64,000 nucleotides of DNA from Eledone cirrhosa (lineage: Eukaryota). Location of the stretch: the NCBI GenBank assembly GCA_964016885.1, contig OZ024741.1, positions 249,922,001 through 249,986,000 on the forward strand. The letters run 5' to 3'. Shown in pieces: positions 62,551 to 64,000 of the stretch. The translations under genes were made by a program, and so were the position numbers. Position 1 is the stretch's first letter, and every line of letters starts with the position of its first letter. The notes beneath the pieces were generated by a model. That model worked only from the letters and a program-made list of their open reading frames with translations. It had not been told where the DNA came from and ran no database searches.

Positions 62551-64000
62551 CTAATTTGTAAAAAAAATCAGGGGGAGATAATTTGTAAAAAAAAATCAGG
62601 GGGAGATAATTTGTAAAAAAAAAATCAGGGGGAGATAATTTGTAAAAAAATCAAGGGGAGATAATTTCCAGCCGTCCAAGGGGAGATAATTTTCAGCCGT
62701 CCAAGGAGGTAATTTCTAGCCGTCCAAGGGGAGATAATTTCCAGCCGTCCAAGGGGAGATAATTTTTTTAAAAAAATCAGGCGGAGATAATTTGTAAACA
62801 AAAATCAGGGGGAGATAATTTGTAAAAAAAAATCAGGGGGAGATAATTTGTAAAAAAAAATCAGGGGTAGATAATTTGTAAAAAAAATCAAGGGGAGATA
62901 ATTTCCAGCCGTCCAAGGGGAGGTAATATCTAGCCATCCAAGGGGAGATAATTTCCAGCCGTCCAAGGGGAGATAATTTCCAGCCGTCCAAGGGGAGATA
63001 ATATCCAGCCGTCCAAGGAGACATATTTTCCAGCCGTCCAAGGAGAGGTAATTTCTAGCCGTCCAAGGGGAGATAAGTTCCAGCCTCCAAGGGGAGATAA
63101 TTTCCAGCCAGCCAAGGGGAGATAATTTGTAAAAAAATCAGGGGGAGATAATTTGTAAAAAAAATCAGGGGGAGATAATTTGTAAAAAAATCAGGGGGAG
63201 ATAATTTCTAAAAAAAAAATCAGGGGGAGATAATTTGTAAAAAAAATCAGGGGGAGATAATTTGTAGAAAAAATCAGGGGTAGATAATTTGTAAAAAAAA
63301 TCAGGGGGAGATAATTTGTAAAAAAAATCAGGGGGAGATAATTTGTAAAAAAAATCAGGGGTAGATAATTTTCAGCCGTCCAAGGGGAGATAATTTCCAT
63401 CCTTCCAAGGGGAGATAATTTCCAGCCGTCCAAGGGGAGATAATTTCCCGCCAGCCAAGGAGAGATAACATTTAAAAAAATCAGGCGGAGATAATTTGTA
63501 AAAAAAATCAGGGGGAGATAATTTATAAAAAAATCAGGGGGAGATAATTTGTAAAAAAAATCAGGGGTAGATAATTTCCAGCCGTCCAAGGGGAGATAAT
63601 TTCCATCCTTCCAAGGGGAGATAATTTCCAGCCGTCCAAGGGGAGATAATTTCCCGCCAGCCAAGGAGAGATAATATTTAAAAAAATCAGGCGGAGATAA
63701 TTTGTAAAAAAAATCAGGGGGAGATAATTTGTAAAAAAATCAGGGGGAGATAATTTGTAAAAAAAATCAGGGGGAGATAATTTGTAAAAAAAATCAGGGG
63801 GAGATAATTTGTAAAAAAAATCAGGGGTAGATAATTTGTAAAAAAAAATCAGGGGGAGATAATTTGTAAAAAAAAAATCAGGGGGAGATAATTTGTAAAA
63901 AAATCAAGGGGAGATAATTTCCAGCCGTCCAAGGGGAGATAATTTTCAGCCGTCCAAGGAGAGGTAATTTCTAGCCGTCCAAGGGGAGATAATTTCCAGC
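62263..64000 (+). repeat. Copy of ~26,818-28,555 (offset ~35,445 bp), truncated by the window end
   Basis: ORF offsets 27360/62805 and 27746/63191 equal 35445. Marker GAGCTAAT at 27106/62551. Confidence 0.87.

Larger units (their letters stand above)
1..64000 (+). repeat. Two-monomer (25 bp and 26-29 bp) tandem satellite array with higher-order repeat structure
   Basis: The core GGGGAGATAATTT recurs every 25-29 bp from the first line to the last. It is followed by either GT(A)7-10TCA or CCAGCCGTCCAA or a close variant. I saw no unique sequence and no inverted monomer. Confidence 0.99.

Noticed and set aside
99-63664. Many minus-strand ORFs of 61-200 aa (repeats such as NYLPLIFFT and GWKLSPLG)
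   Set aside because: They are translations of the satellite. The consensus B monomer has no stop on the minus strand, the starts are mostly repeat-derived TTG, 25-bp monomers and variable A-tracts shift frame constantly, and overlapping frames give the same peptides.
1-64000. All ORFs on one strand, suggesting coding polarity
   Set aside because: The + strand has TAA in nearly every monomer (GATAAT, GTAA) with rotating frame, which explains the asymmetry without selection.
1-64000. CRISPR-like constant repeat plus variable segment
   Set aside because: The constant part is 13 bp, the intervening segments are ~12-16 bp and fall into two recurrent classes rather than unique spacers, and there is no leader or cas gene.
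1-64000. Telomerase-type repeat (G-rich strand, ~25-bp unit as in some yeasts)
   Set aside because: The kb-scale higher-order structure, inherited position-specific variants and 64 kb length indicate recombinational amplification rather than templated addition.
1-64000. Purely synthetic or sequencing-artefact origin
   Set aside because: Nested, mutually consistent private variants and exact offsets fit real evolutionary history. Copy numbers of the youngest duplications still need read-level validation.

Overview
The whole 64 kb window is a non-coding tandem satellite array in a single orientation. I found no unique sequence, credible gene, RNA gene, transposon or CRISPR array, and the array runs off both ends. 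It uses two monomer types that share the 13-bp core GGGGAGATAATTT. Type A is GGGGGAGATAATTTGT(A)7-10TCA (26-29 bp, about 30% GC). Type B is GGGGAGATAATTTCCAGCCGTCCAA (25 bp, about 52% GC). There are roughly 2,400 monomers (64,000 bp / ~26 bp). B monomers occur in five stereotyped blocks (here P, Q, R, S, T), separated by A runs whose A-tract lengths are position-specific, with dedicated junction monomers. The commonest higher-order repeat is R-A9-P1-A4-P2-A9-Q-A5 (48 monomers, 1,256-1,258 bp). Larger duplications sit on top: tandem periods of 1,222, ~1,945, 3,456, ~4,400 and 5,185 bp, and copies at offsets of 10,634, ~11,550, 22,446, 28,760 and 31,031 bp. Private variants allow part of the duplication history to be ordered. 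All listed ORFs are minus-strand readings of the repeat and are judged spurious. A eukaryotic heterochromatic (centromeric, pericentromeric or subtelomeric) origin is inference only; I do not recognise the satellite family or organism. Offsets come from the ORF track plus manual marker checks, and breakpoints are approximate.
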